Of a DNA stretch of 64,000 nt, positions 45,401 through 59,600 are shown in pieces. Numbering within the stretch: position 1 is the first letter of the stretch; every line of letters begins with the position of its first letter. A program made the translations under genes and the position numbers. The notes beneath the pieces were generated by a model. That model was not told the origin of the DNA, made no database searches, and was given only the letters and a program-made list of their open reading frames with translations. This stretch comes from Eledone cirrhosa. Lineage: Eukaryota. Location of the stretch: the NCBI GenBank assembly GCA_964016885.1, contig OZ024744.1, positions 15,314,001-15,378,000 on the forward strand, given 5' to 3'.

Positions 45401-48400
45401 TCCCACAAGTAATGGCAAATGTCCAAAACTCTCTCACATATACACTCTCTCTCACATACACACTCTCCCACAAGTAATGGCAAATGTCCAAAACTCTCTC
45501 ACATATACACTCTCTCTCTCTCACATACACACTCTCCCACAAAAGTCCACCCATTCCCACGAGTAATGGCAAATGTCCAAAACTCTCTCACATACACACT
45601 CTCCCACAAAAGTCCGCCCATTCCCACAAGTAGTGGCAAATGTCCCAAACTCTCTCACATATACGCTCTCTCTCTCTCACATACACACTCTCCCACAAAA
45701 GTCCACCCATTCCCACAAGTAATGGCAAATGTCCAAAACTCTCTCACATATACACTCTCTCTCCCTCTCACATACACACTCTCCCACAAAAGTCCACCCA
45801 TTCCCACAAGTAATGGCAAATATCCAAAACTCTCACATATACACTCTCTCTCTCTCTCACATACACACTCTCCCACAAAAGTCCACCCATTCCCACAAGT
45901 AATGGAAAATGTCCAAAACTGTCTCACATATACACTCTCTCTCACATACACACTCTCCCACAAAAGTCCACCCATTCCCACAAGTAATGGCAAAAGTCCA
46001 AAACTCTCTCACATATACACTCTCTCTCTCTCACATACACACTCTCCCACAAAAGTCCACCCATTCTCACAAGTAATGGCAAATGTCCAAAACTCTCTCA
46101 CATATACACTCTCTCTCTCTCTCTCTCACATACACACTCTCCCACAAAAGTCCACCCATTCCCACTAGTAATGGCAAATGTCCAAAACTCTCTCACATAT
46201 ACACTCTCTCTCACATACACACTCTCCCACAAAAGTCCACCCATTCCCACAAGTAATGGCAAATGTCCCAAACTCTCTCACATATACACTCTCTCTCTCT
46301 CACATACACACTCTCCCACAAAAGTCCACCCATTCCCACAAGTAATGGCAAATGTCCAAAACTCTCTCACATATACACTCTCTCTCTCTCTCTCACATAC
46401 ACACTCTCCCACAAAAGTCCACCCATTCCCACAAGTAATGGCAAATGTCCAAAACTCTCTCACATATACACTCTCTCTCTCTCACATACACACTCTCCCA
46501 CAAAAGTCCACCCATTCCCACTAGTAATGGCAAATGTCCAAAACTCTCTCACATATGCACTCTCTCTCACATACACACTCTCCCACAAAAGTCCACCCAT
46601 TCCCACAAGTAATGGCAAATGTCAAAAACTCTCTCACATATACACTCTCTCTCTCTCACAAAAGTCCACCCATTCCCACAAGTAATGGCAAATGTCCAAA
46701 ACTCTCTCACATATACACTCTCTCTCTCTCTCACATACACACTCTCCCACAAAAGTCCACCCATTCCCACAAGTAATGTAAAATGTCCAAAACTCTCTCA
46801 CATACACACTCTCCCACAAAAGTCCACCCATTCCCACAAGTAGTGGCAAATGTCCAAAACTCTCTCACATCTACACTCTCTCTCTCTCACATACACACTC
46901 TCCCACAAAAGTCCACCCATTCTCACAAGTAATGGCAAATGTCCAAAACTCTCTCACATATACACTCTCTCTCTCTCTCACATACACACTCTCCCACAAA
47001 AGTCCACCCATTCCCACAAGTAATGGCAAATGTCCAAAACTCTCTCACATATACACTCTCTCTCTCACATACACACTCTCCCACAAAAGTCCACCCATTC
47101 CCACAAGTAATGGCAAATGTCCAAAACTCTCTCACATATACACTCTCTCTCTCTCACATACACACTCTCCCACAAAAGTCCACCCATTCCAACAAGTAAT
47201 GGCAAATGTCCAAAACTCTCTCACATATACACTCTCTCTCTCTCTCTCTCTCACTCTCTCTCTCTCTCACATACACACTCTCCCACAAAAGTCCACCCAT
47301 TCCCACAAGTAATGGCAAATGTCCAAAACTCTCTCACATATACACTCTCTCTCTCTCACATACACACTCTCCCACAAAAGTCCACCCATTCCCACTAGTA
47401 ATGGCAAATGTCCAAAACTCTCTCACATATACACTCTCTCTCACATACACACTCTCCCACAAAAGTCCACCCATTCCCACAAGTAATGGCAAATGTCCAA
47501 AACTCTCTCACATATACACTCTCTCTCTCTCACAAAAGTCCACCCATTCCCACAAGTAATGACAAATGTCCAAAACTCTCTCACATATACACTCTCTCTC
47601 TCTCACATACACACTCTCCCACAAAAGTCCACCCATTCCCACAAGTAATGGCAAATGTCCAAAACTCTCTCACATATACACTCTCTCTCTCTCACATACA
47701 CACTCTCCCACAAAAGTCCACCCATTCCCACAAGTAATGGCAAATGTCCAATACTCTCTCACATATACACTCTCTCTCTCTCACATACACACTCTCCCAC
47801 AAAAGTCCACCCATTCCCACAAGTAATGGCAAATGTCCAAAACTCTCTCACATATACACTCTCTCTCTCTCACATACACACTCTCCCACAAAAGTCCACC
47901 CATTCCCACAAGTAATGGCAAATGTCCAAAACTCTCTCACATATACACTCTCTCTCCCTCTCACATACACACTCTCCCACAAAAGTCCACCCATTCCCAC
48001 AAGTAATGGCAAATATCCAAAACTCTCACATATACACTCTCTCTCTCTCTCACATACACACTCTCCCACAAAAGTCCACCCATTCCCACTAGTAATGGCA
48101 AATGTCCAAAACTCTCTCACATATGCACTCTCTCTCACATACACACTCTCCCACAAAAGGCCACCCATTCCCACAAGTAATGGCAAATGTCCAAAACTCT
48201 CTCACATATACACTCTCTCTCTCTCTCACATACACACTCTCCCACAAAAGTCCACCCATTCCCACAAGTAATGGCAAATGTCCAAAACTCTCTCACATAC
48301 ACACTCTCCCACAAAAGTCCACCCATTCCCACAAGTAGTGGCAAATGTCCAAAACTCTCTCACATCTACACTCTCTCTCTCTCACATACACACTCTCCCA

Positions 48401-51400
48401 CAAAAGTCCACCCATTCTCACAAGTAATGGCAAATGTCCAAAACTCTCTCACATATACACTCTCTCTCTCTCTCACATACACACTCTCCCACAAAAGTCC
48501 ACCCATTCCCACAAGTAATGGCAAATGTCCAAAACTCTCTCACATATACACTCTCTCTCTCTCTCACATACACACTCTCCCACAAAAGTCCACCAATTCC
48601 CACAAGTAATGGCAAATGTCCAAAACTCTCTCACATATACACTCTCTCTCTCTCACATACACACTCTCCCACAAAAGTCCACCCATTCCAACAAGTAATG
48701 GCAAATGTCCAAAACTCTCTCACATATACACTCTCTCTCTCTCTCTCTCTCACTCTCTCTCTCTCTCACATACACACTCTCCCACAAAAGTCCACCCATT
48801 CCCACAAGTAATGGCAAATGTCCAAAACTCTCTCACATATACACTCTCTCTCTCTCACATACACACTCTCCCACAAAAGTCCACCCATTCCCACTAGTAA
48901 TGGCAAATGTCCAAAACTCTCTCACATATACACTCTCTCTCACATACACACTCTCCCACAAAAGTCCACCCATTCCCACAAGTAATGGCAAATGTCCAAA
49001 ACTCTCTCACATATACACTCTCTCTCTCTCACATACACACTCTCCCACAAAAGACCACCCATTCCCACAAGTAATGGCAAATGTCCAAAACTCTCTCACA
49101 TATACACTCTCTCTCTCTCTCTCACATACACACTCTCCCACAAAAGTCCACCCATTCCCACAAGTAATGGCAAATGTCCAAAACTCTCTCACATATACAC
49201 TCTCTCTCTCTCACATACACACTCTCCCACAAAAGTCCACCCATTCCCACTAGTAATGGCAAATGTCCAAAACTCTCTCACATATGCACTCTCTCTCACA
49301 TACACACTCTCCCACAAAAGTCCACCCATTCCCACAAGTAATGGCAAATGTCAAAAACTCTCTCACATATACACTCTCTCTCTCTCACAAAAGTCCACCC
49401 ATTCCCACAAGTAATGGCAAATGTCCAAAACTCTCTCACATATACACTCTCTCTCTCTCTCACATACACACTCTCCCACAAAAGTCCACCCATTCCCACA
49501 AGTAATGGCAAATGTCCAAAACTCTCTCACATACACACTCTCCCACAAAAGTCCACCCATTCCCACAAGTAGTGGCAAATGTCCAAAACTCTCTCACATC
49601 TACACTCTCTCTCTCTCACATACACACTCTCCCACAAAAGTCCACCCATTCTCACAAGTAATGGCAAATGTCCAAAACTCTCTCACATATACACTCTCTC
49701 TCTCACATACACACTCTCCCACAAAAGTCCACCCATTCCCACAAGTAATGGCAAATGTCCAAAACTCTCTCACATATACACTCTCTCTCTCACATACACA
49801 CTCTCCCACAAAAGTCCACCCATTCCCACAAGTAATGGCAAATGTCCAAAACTCTCTCACATATACACTCTCTCTCTCTCACATACACACTCTCCCACAA
49901 AAGTCCACCCATTCCAACAAGTAATGGCAAATGTCCAAAACTCTCTCACATATACACTCTCTCTCTCTCTCTCACTCTCTCTCTCTCTCACATACACACT
50001 CTCCCACAAAAGTCCACCCATTCCCACAAGTAATGGCAAATGTCCAAAACTCTCTCACATATACACTCTCTCTCTCTCACATACACACTCTCCCACAAAA
50101 GTCCACCCATTCCCACTAGTAATGGCAAATGTCCAAAACTCTCTCACATATACACTCTCTCTCACATACACACTCTCCCACAAAAGTCCACCCATTCCCA
50201 CAAGTAATGGCAAATGTCCAAAACTCTCTCACATATACACTCTCTCTCTCTCACAAAAGTCCACCCATTCCCACAAGTAATGACAAATGTCCAAAACTCT
50301 CTCACATATACACTCTCTCTCTCTCACATACACACTCTCCCACAAAAGTCCACCCATTCCCACAAGTAATGGCAAACGTCCAAAACTCTCTCACATATAC
50401 ACTCTCTCTCTCTCACATACACACTCTCCCACAAAAGTCCACCCATTCCCACAAGTAATGGCAAATGTCCAATACTCTCTCACATATACACTCTCTCTCT
50501 CTCACATACACACTCTCCCACAAAAGTCCACCCATTCCCACAAGTAATGGCAAATGTCCAAAACTCTCTCACATATACACTCTCTCTCTCTCACATACAC
50601 ACTCTCCCACAAAAGTCCACCCATTCCCACAAGTAATGGCAAATGTCCAAAACTCTCTCACATATACACTCTCTCTCCCTCTCACATACACACTCTCCCA
50701 CAAAAGTCCACCCATTCCCACAAGTAATGGCAAATATCCAAAACTCTCACATATACACTCTCTCTCTCTCTCACATACACACTCTCCCACAAAAGTCCAC
50801 CCATTCCCACAAGTAATGGAAAATGTCCAAAACTGTCTCACATATACACTCTCTCTCACATACACACTCTCCCACAAAAGTCCACCCATTCCCACAAGTA
50901 ATGGCAAAAGTCCAAAACTCTCTCACATATACACTCTCTCTCTCTCTCACATACACACTCTCCCACAAAAGTCCACCCATTCTCACAAGTAATGGCAAAT
51001 GTCCAAAACTCTCTCACATATACACTCTCTCTCTCTCTCTCACATACACACTCTCCCACAAAAGTCCACCCATTCCCACAAGTAATGGCAAATGTCCAAA
51101 ACTCTCTCACATATACACTCTCTCTCTCTCTCACATACACACTCTCCCACAAAAGTCCACGCATTCCCACAAGTAATGGCAAATGTCCAAAACTCTCTCA
51201 CATATACACTCTCTCTCTCTCACATACACACTCTCCCACAAAAGTCCACCCATTCCAACAAGTAATGGCAAATGTCCAAAACTCTCTCACATATACACTC
51301 TCTCTCTCTCTCTCTCTCACATACACACTCTCCCACAAAAGTCCACCCATTCCCACAAGTAATGGCAAATGTCCAAAACTCTCTCACATATACACTCTCT

Positions 51401-54400
51401 CTCTCTCACATACACACTCTCCCACAAAAGTCCACCCATTCCCACTAGTAATGGCAAATGTCCAAAACTCTCTCACATATACACTCTCTCTCACATACAC
51501 ACTCTCCCACAAAAGTCCACCCATTCCCACAAGTAATGGCAAATGTCCAAAACTCTCTCACATATACACTCTCTCTCTCACTCACATACACACTCTCCCA
51601 CAAAAGTCCACCCATTCCCACATGTAATGGCAAATGTCCAAAACTCTCTCACATACACACTCTCCCACAAAAGTCCACCCATTCCCACAAGTAATGGCAA
51701 ATGTCCAAAACTCTCTCACATATACACTCTCTCTCTCTCACATACACACTCTCCCACAAAAGTCCACCCATTCCCACTAGTAATGGCAAATGTCCAAAAC
51801 TCTCTCACATATGCACTCTCTCTCACATACACACTCTCCCACAAAAGTCCACCCATTCCCACAAGTAATGGCAAATGTCCAAAACTCTCTCACATATACA
51901 CTCTCTCTCTCTCACAAAAGTCCACCCATTCCCACAAGTAATGGCAAATGTCCAAAACTCTCTCACATATACACTCTCTCTCTCTCTCACATACACACTC
52001 TCCCACAAAAGTCCACCCATTCCCACAAGTAATGGCAAATGTCCAAAACTCTCTCACATACACACTCTCCCACAAAAGTCCACCCATTCCCACAAGTAGT
52101 GGCAAATGTCCAAAACTCTCTCACATCTACACTCTCTCTCTCTCACATACACACTCTCCCACAAAAGTCCACCCATTCTCACAAGTAATGGCAAATGTCC
52201 AAAACTCTCTCACATATACACTCTCTCTCTCTCTCACATACACACTCTCCCACAAAAGTCCACCCATTCCCACAAGTAATGGCAAATGTCCAAAACTCTC
52301 TCACATATACACTCTCTCTCTCTCTCACATACACACTCTCCCACAAAAGTCCACCAATTCCCACAAGTAATGGCAAATGTCCAAAACTCTCTCACATATA
52401 CACTCTCTCTCTCTCACATACACATTCTCCCACAAAAGTCCACCCATTCCAACAAGTAATGGCAAATGTCCAAAACTCTCTCACATATACACTCTCTCTC
52501 TCTCTCACTCTCTCTCTCTCTCACATACACACTCTCCCACAAAAGTCCACCCATTCCCACAAGTAATGGCAAATGTCCAAAACTCTCTCACATATACACT
52601 CTCTCTCTCTCACATACACACTCTCCCACAAAAGTCCACCCATTCCCACTAGTAATGGCAAATGTCCAAAACTCTCTCACATATACACTCTCTCTCACAT
52701 ACACACTCTCCCACAAAAGTCCACCCATTCCCACAAGTAATAGCAAATGTCCAAAACTCTCTCACATATACACTCTCTCTCTCTCACAAAAGTCCACCCA
52801 TTCCCACAAGTAATGACAAATGTCCAAAACTCACTCACATATACACTCTCTCTCTCTCACATACACACTCTCCCACAAAAGTCCACCCATTCCCACAAGT
52901 AATGGCAAATGTCCAATACTCTCTCACATATACACTCTCTCTCTCTCACATACACACTCTCCCACAAAAGTCCACCCATTCCCACAAGTAATGGCAAATG
53001 TCCAAAACTCTCTCACATATACACTCTCTCTCTCTCACATACACACTCTCCCACAAAAGTCCACCCATTCCCACAAGTAATGGCAAATGTCCAAAACTCT
53101 CTCACATATACACTCTCTCTCCCTCTCACATACACACTCTCCCACAAAAGTCCACCCATTCCCACAAGTAATGGCAAATATCCAAAACTCTCACATATAC
53201 ACTCTCTCTCTCTCTCACATACACACTCTCCCACAAAAGTCCACCCATTCCCACAAGTAATGGAAAATGTCCAAAACTGTCTCACATATACACTCTCTCT
53301 CACATACACACTCTCCCACAAAAGTCCACCCATTCCCACAAGTAATGGCAAAAGTCCAAAACTCTCTCACATATACACTCTCTCTCTCACATACACACTC
53401 TCCCACAAAAGTCCACCCATTCTCACAAGTAATGGCAAATGTCCAAAACTCTCTCACATATACACTCTCTCTCTCTCTCTCTCACATACACACTCTCCCA
53501 CAAAAGTCCACCCATTCCCACAAGTAATGGCAAATGTCCAAAACTCTCTCACATATACACTCTCTCTCTCTCTCACATACACACTCTCCCACAAAAGTCC
53601 ACGCATTCCCACAAGTAATGGCAAATGTCCAAAACTCTCTCACATATACACTCTCTCTCTCTCACATACACACTCTCCCACAAAAGTCCACCCATTCCAA
53701 CAAGTAATGGCAAATGTCCAAAACCCTCTCACATATACACTCTCTCTCTCTCTCTCTCTCACATACACACTCTCCCACAAAAGTCCACCCATTCCCACAA
53801 GTAATGGCAAATGTCCAAAACTCTCTCACATATACACTCTCTCTCTCTCACATACACACTCTCCCACAAAAGTCCACCCATTCCCACTAGTAATGGCAAA
53901 TGTCCAAAACTCTCTCACATATACACTCTCTCTCACATACACACTCTCCCACAAAAGTCCACCCATTCCCACAAGTAATGGCAAATGTCCAAAACTCTCT
54001 CACATATACACTCTCTCTCACATACACACTCTCCCACAAGTAATGGCAAATGTCCAAAACTCTCTCACATATACACTCTCTCTCTCTCACATACACACTC
54101 TCCCACAAAAGTCCACCCATTCCCACGAGTAATGGCAAATGTCCAAAACTCTCTCACATACACACTCTCCCACAAAAGTCCGCCCATTCCCACAAGTAGT
54201 GGCAAATGTCCCAAACTCTCTCACATATACGCTCTCTCTCTCTCACATACACACTCTCCCACAAAAGTCCACCCATTCCCACAAGTAATGGCAAATGTCC
54301 AAAACTCTCTCACATATACACTCTCTCTCCCTCTCACATACACACTCTCCCACAAAAGTCCACCCATTCCCACAAGTAATGGCAAATATCCAAAACTCTC

Positions 54401-56620
54401 ACATATACACTCTCTCTCTCTCTCACATACACACTCTCCCACAAAAGTCCACCCATTCCCACAAGTAATGGAAAATGTCCAAAACTGTCTCACATATACA
54501 CTCTCTCTCACATACACACTCTCCCACAAAAGTCCACCCATTCCCACAAGTAATGGCAAAAGTCCAAAACTCTCTCACATATACACTCTCTCTCTCTCAC
54601 ATACACACTCTCCCACAAAAGTCCACCCATTCTCACAAGTAATGGCAAATGTCCAAAACTCTCTCACATATACACTCTCTCTCTCTCTCTCTCACATACA
54701 CACTCTCCCACAAAAGTCCACCCATTCCCACTAGTAATGGCAAATGTCCAAAACTCTCTCACATATACACTCTCTCTCACATACACACTCTCCCACAAAA
54801 GTCCACCCATTCCCACAAGTAATGGCAAATGTCCCAAACTCTCTCACATATACACTCTCTCTCTCACATACACACTCTCCCACAAAAGTCCACCCATTCC
54901 CACAAGTAATGGCAAATGTCCAAAACTCTCTCACATATACACTCTCTCTCTCTCTCTCACATACACACTCTCCCACAAAAGTCCACCCATTCCCACAAGT
55001 AATGGCAAATGTCCAAAACTCTCTCACATATACACTCTCTCTCTCTCACATACACACTCTCCCACAAAAGTCCACCCATTCCCACTAGTAATGGCAAATG
55101 TCCAAAACTCTCTCACATATGCACTCTCTCTCACATACACACTCTCCCACAAAAGTCCACCCATTCCCACAAGTAATGGCAAATGTCAAAAACTCTCTCA
55201 CATATACACTCTCTCTCTCTCACAAAAGTCCACCCATTCCCACAAGTAATGGCAAATGTCCAAAACTCTCTCACATATACACTCTCTCTCTCTCTCACAT
55301 ACACACTCTCCCACAAAAGTCCACCCATTCCCACAAGTAATGTAAAATGTCCAAAACTCTCTCACATACACACTCTCCCACAAAAGTCCACCCATTCCCA
55401 CAAGTAGTGGCAAATGTCCAAAACTCTCTCACATCTACACTCTCTCTCTCTCACATACACACTCTCCCACAAAAGTCCACCCATTCTCACAAGTAATGGC
55501 AAATGTCCAAAACTCTCTCACATATACACTCTCTCTCTCTCTCACATACACACTCTCCCACAAAAGTCCACCCATTCCCACAAGTAATGGCAAATGTCCA
55601 AAACTCTCTCACATATACACTCTCTCTCTCACATACACACTCTCCCACAAAAGTCCACCCATTCCCACAAGTAATGGCAAATGTCCAAAACTCTCTCACA
55701 TATACACTCTCTCTCTCTCACATACACACTCTCCCACAAAAGTCCACCCATTCCAACAAGTAATGGCAAATGTCCAAAACTCTCTCACATATACACTCTC
55801 TCTCTCTCTCTCTCACTCTCTCTCTCTCTCACATACACACTCTCCCACAAAAGTCCACCCATTCCCACAAGTAATGGCAAATGTCCAAAACTCTCTCACA
55901 TATACACTCTCTCTCTCTCACATACACACTCTCCCACAAAAGTCCACCCATTCCCACTAGTAATGGCAAATGTCCAAAACTCTCTCACATATACACTCTC
56001 TCTCACATACACACTCTCCCACAAAAGTCCACCCATTCCCACAAGTAATGGCAAATGTCCAAAACTCTCTCACATATACACTCTCTCTCTCTCACAAAAG
56101 TCCACCCATTCCCACAAGTAATGACAAATGTCCAAAACTCTCTCACATATACACTCTCTCTCTCTCACATACACACTCTCCCACAAAAGTCCACCCATTC
56201 CCACAAGTAATGGCAAATGTCCAAAACTCTCTCACATATACACTCTCTCTCTCTCACATACACACTCTCCCACAAAAGTCCACCCATTCCCACAAGTAAT
56301 GGCAAATGTCCAATACTCTCTCACATATACACTCTCTCTCTCTCACATACACACTCTCCCACAAAAGTCCACCCATTCCCACAAGTAATGGCAAATGTCC
56401 AAAACTCTCTCACATATACACTCTCTCTCTCTCACATACACACTCTCCCACAAAAGTCCACCCATTCCCACAAGTAATGGCAAATGTCCAAAACTCTCTC
56501 ACATATACACTCTCTCTCCCTCTCACATACACACTCTCCCACAAAAGTCCACCCATTCCCACAAGTAATGGCAAATATCCAAAACTCTCACATATACACT
56601 CTCTCTCTCTCTCACATACA
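39431..56620. repeat. ~8.6 kb tandem duplication (about 99 monomers) inside the 89-bp satellite
   Basis: Near-identical variant strings recur at offsets of 8658 (39776/48434), 8655 (41810/50465), 8566 (42977/51543 and 44343/52909) and 8564 (46534/55098). The offset drops by 89 where one monomer is missing. Boundaries are approximate. Confidence 0.85.
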
Positions 56621-59600
56621 CACTCTCCCACAAAAGTCCACCCATTCCCACAAGTAATGGAAAATGTCCAAAACTGTCTCACATATACACTCTCTCTCAC
56701 ATACACACTCTCCCACAAAAGTCCACCCATTCCCACAAGTAATGGCAAAAGTCCAAAACTCTCTCACATATACACTCTCTCTCTCTCTCACATACACACT
56801 CTCCCACAAAAGTCCACCCATTCTCACAAGTAATGGCAAATGTCCAAAACTCTCTCACATATACACTCTCTCTCTCTCACATACACACTCTCCCACAAAA
56901 GTCCACCCATTCCCACAAGTAATGGCAAATGTCCAAAACTCTCTCACATATACACTCTCTCTCTCTCTCACATACACACTCTCCCACAAAAGTCCACGCA
57001 TTCCCACAAGTAATGGCAAATGTCCAAAACTCTCTCACATATACACTCTCTCTCTCTCACATACACACTCTCCCACAAAAGTCCACCCATTCCAACAAGT
57101 AATGGCAAATGTCCAAAACTCTCTCACATATACACTCTCTCTCTCTCTCTCTCTCACATACACACTCTCCCACAAAAGTCCACCCATTCCCACAAGTAAT
57201 GGCAAATGTCCAAAACTCTCTCACATATACACTCTCTCTCTCTCACATACACACTCTCCCACAAAAGTCCACCCATTCCCACTAGTAATGGCAAATGTCC
57301 AAAACTCTCTCACATATGCACTCTCTCTCACATACACACTCTCCCACAAAAGTCCACCCATTCCCACAAGTAATGGCAAATGTCAAAAACTCTCTCACAT
57401 ATACACTCTCTCTCTCTCACAAAAGTCCACCCATTCCCACAAGTAATGGCAAATGTCCAAAACTCTCTCACATATACACTCTCTCTCTCTCTCACATACA
57501 CACTCTCCCACAAAAGTCCACCCATTCCCACAAGTAATGTAAAATGTCCAAAACTCTCTCACATACACACTCTCCCACAAAAGTCCACCCATTCCCACAA
57601 GTAGTGGCAAATGTCCAAAACTCTCTCACATCTACACTCTCTCTCTCTCACATACACACTCTCCCACAAAAGTCCACCCATTCTCACAAGTAATGGCAAA
57701 TGTCCAAAACTCTCTCACATATACACTCTCTCTCTCTCTCACATACACACTCTCCCACAAAAGTCCACCCATTCCCACAAGTAATGGCAAATGTCCAAAA
57801 CTCTCTCACATATACACTCTCTCTCTCACATACACACTCTCCCACAAAAGTCCACCCATTCCCACAAGTAATGGCAAATGTCCAAAACTCTCTCACATAT
57901 ACACTCTCTCTCTCTCACATACACACTCTCCCACAAAAGTCCACCCATTCCAACAAGTAATGGCAAATGTCCAAAACTCTCTCACATATACACTCTCTCT
58001 CTCTCTCTCTCACTCTCTCTCTCTCTCACATACACACTCTCCCACAAAAGTCCACCCATTCCCACAAGTAATGGCAAATGTCCAAAACTCTCTCACATAT
58101 ACACTCTCTCTCTCTCACATACACACTCTCCCACAAAAGTCCACCCATTCCCACTAGTAATGGCAAATGTCCAAAACTCTCTCACATATACACTCTCTCT
58201 CACATACACACTCTCCCACAAAAGTCCACCCATTCCCACAAGTAATGGCAAATGTCCAAAACTCTCTCACATATACACTCTCTCTCTCTCACAAAAGTCC
58301 ACCCATTCCCACAAGTAATGACAAATGTCCAAAACTCTCTCACATATACACTCTCTCTCTCTCACATACACACTCTCCCACAAAAGTCCACCCATTCCCA
58401 CAAGTAATGGCAAATGTCCAAAACTCTCTCACATATACACTCTCTCTCTCTCACATACACACTCTCCCACAAAAGTCCACCCATTCCCACAAGTAATGGC
58501 AAATGTCCAATACTCTCTCACATATACACTCTCTCTCTCTCACATACACACTCTCCCACAAAAGTCCACCCATTCCCACAAGTAATGGCAAATGTCCAAA
58601 ACTCTCTCACATATACACTCTCTCTCTCTCACATACACACTCTCCCACAAAAGTCCACCCATTCCCACAAGTAATGGCAAATGTCCAAAACTCTCTCACA
58701 TATACACTCTCTCTCCCTCTCACATACACACTCTCCCACAAAAGTCCACCCATTCCCACAAGTAATGGCAAATATCCAAAACTCTCACATATACACTCTC
58801 TCTCTCTCTCACATACACACTCTCCCACAAAAGTCCACCCATTCCCACAAGTAATGGAAAATGTCCAAAACTGTCTCACATATACACTCTCTCTCACATA
58901 CACACTCTCCCACAAAAGTCCACCCATTCCCACAAGTAATGGCAAAAGTCCAAAACTCTCTCACATATACACTCTCTCTCTCACATACACACTCTCCCAC
59001 AAAAGTCCACCCATTCTCACAAGTAATGGCAAATGTCCAAAACTCTCTCACATATACACTCTCTCTCTCTCTCTCACATACACACTCTCCCACAAAAGTC
59101 CACCCATTCCCACAAGTAATGGCAAATGTCCAAAACTCTCTCACATATACACTCTCTCTCTCTCTCACATACACACTCTCCCACAAAAGTCCACGCATTC
59201 CCACAAGTAATGGCAAATGTCCAAAACTCTCTCACATATACACTCTCTCTCTCTCACATACACACTCTCCCACAAAAGTCCACCCATTCCAACAAGTAAT
59301 GGCAAATGTCCAAAACTCTCTCACATATACACTCTCTCTCTCTCTCTCTCTCACATACACACTCTCCCACAAAAGTCCACCCATTCCCACAAGTAATGGC
59401 AAATGTCCAAAACTCTCTCACATATACACTCTCTCTCTCTCACATACACACTCTCCCACAAAAGTCCACCCATTCCCACTAGTAATGGCAAATGTCCAAA
59501 ACTCTCTCACATATACACTCTCTCTCACATACACACTCTCCCACAACAGTCCACCCATTCCCACAAGTAATGGCAAATGTCCAAAACTCTCTCACATATA

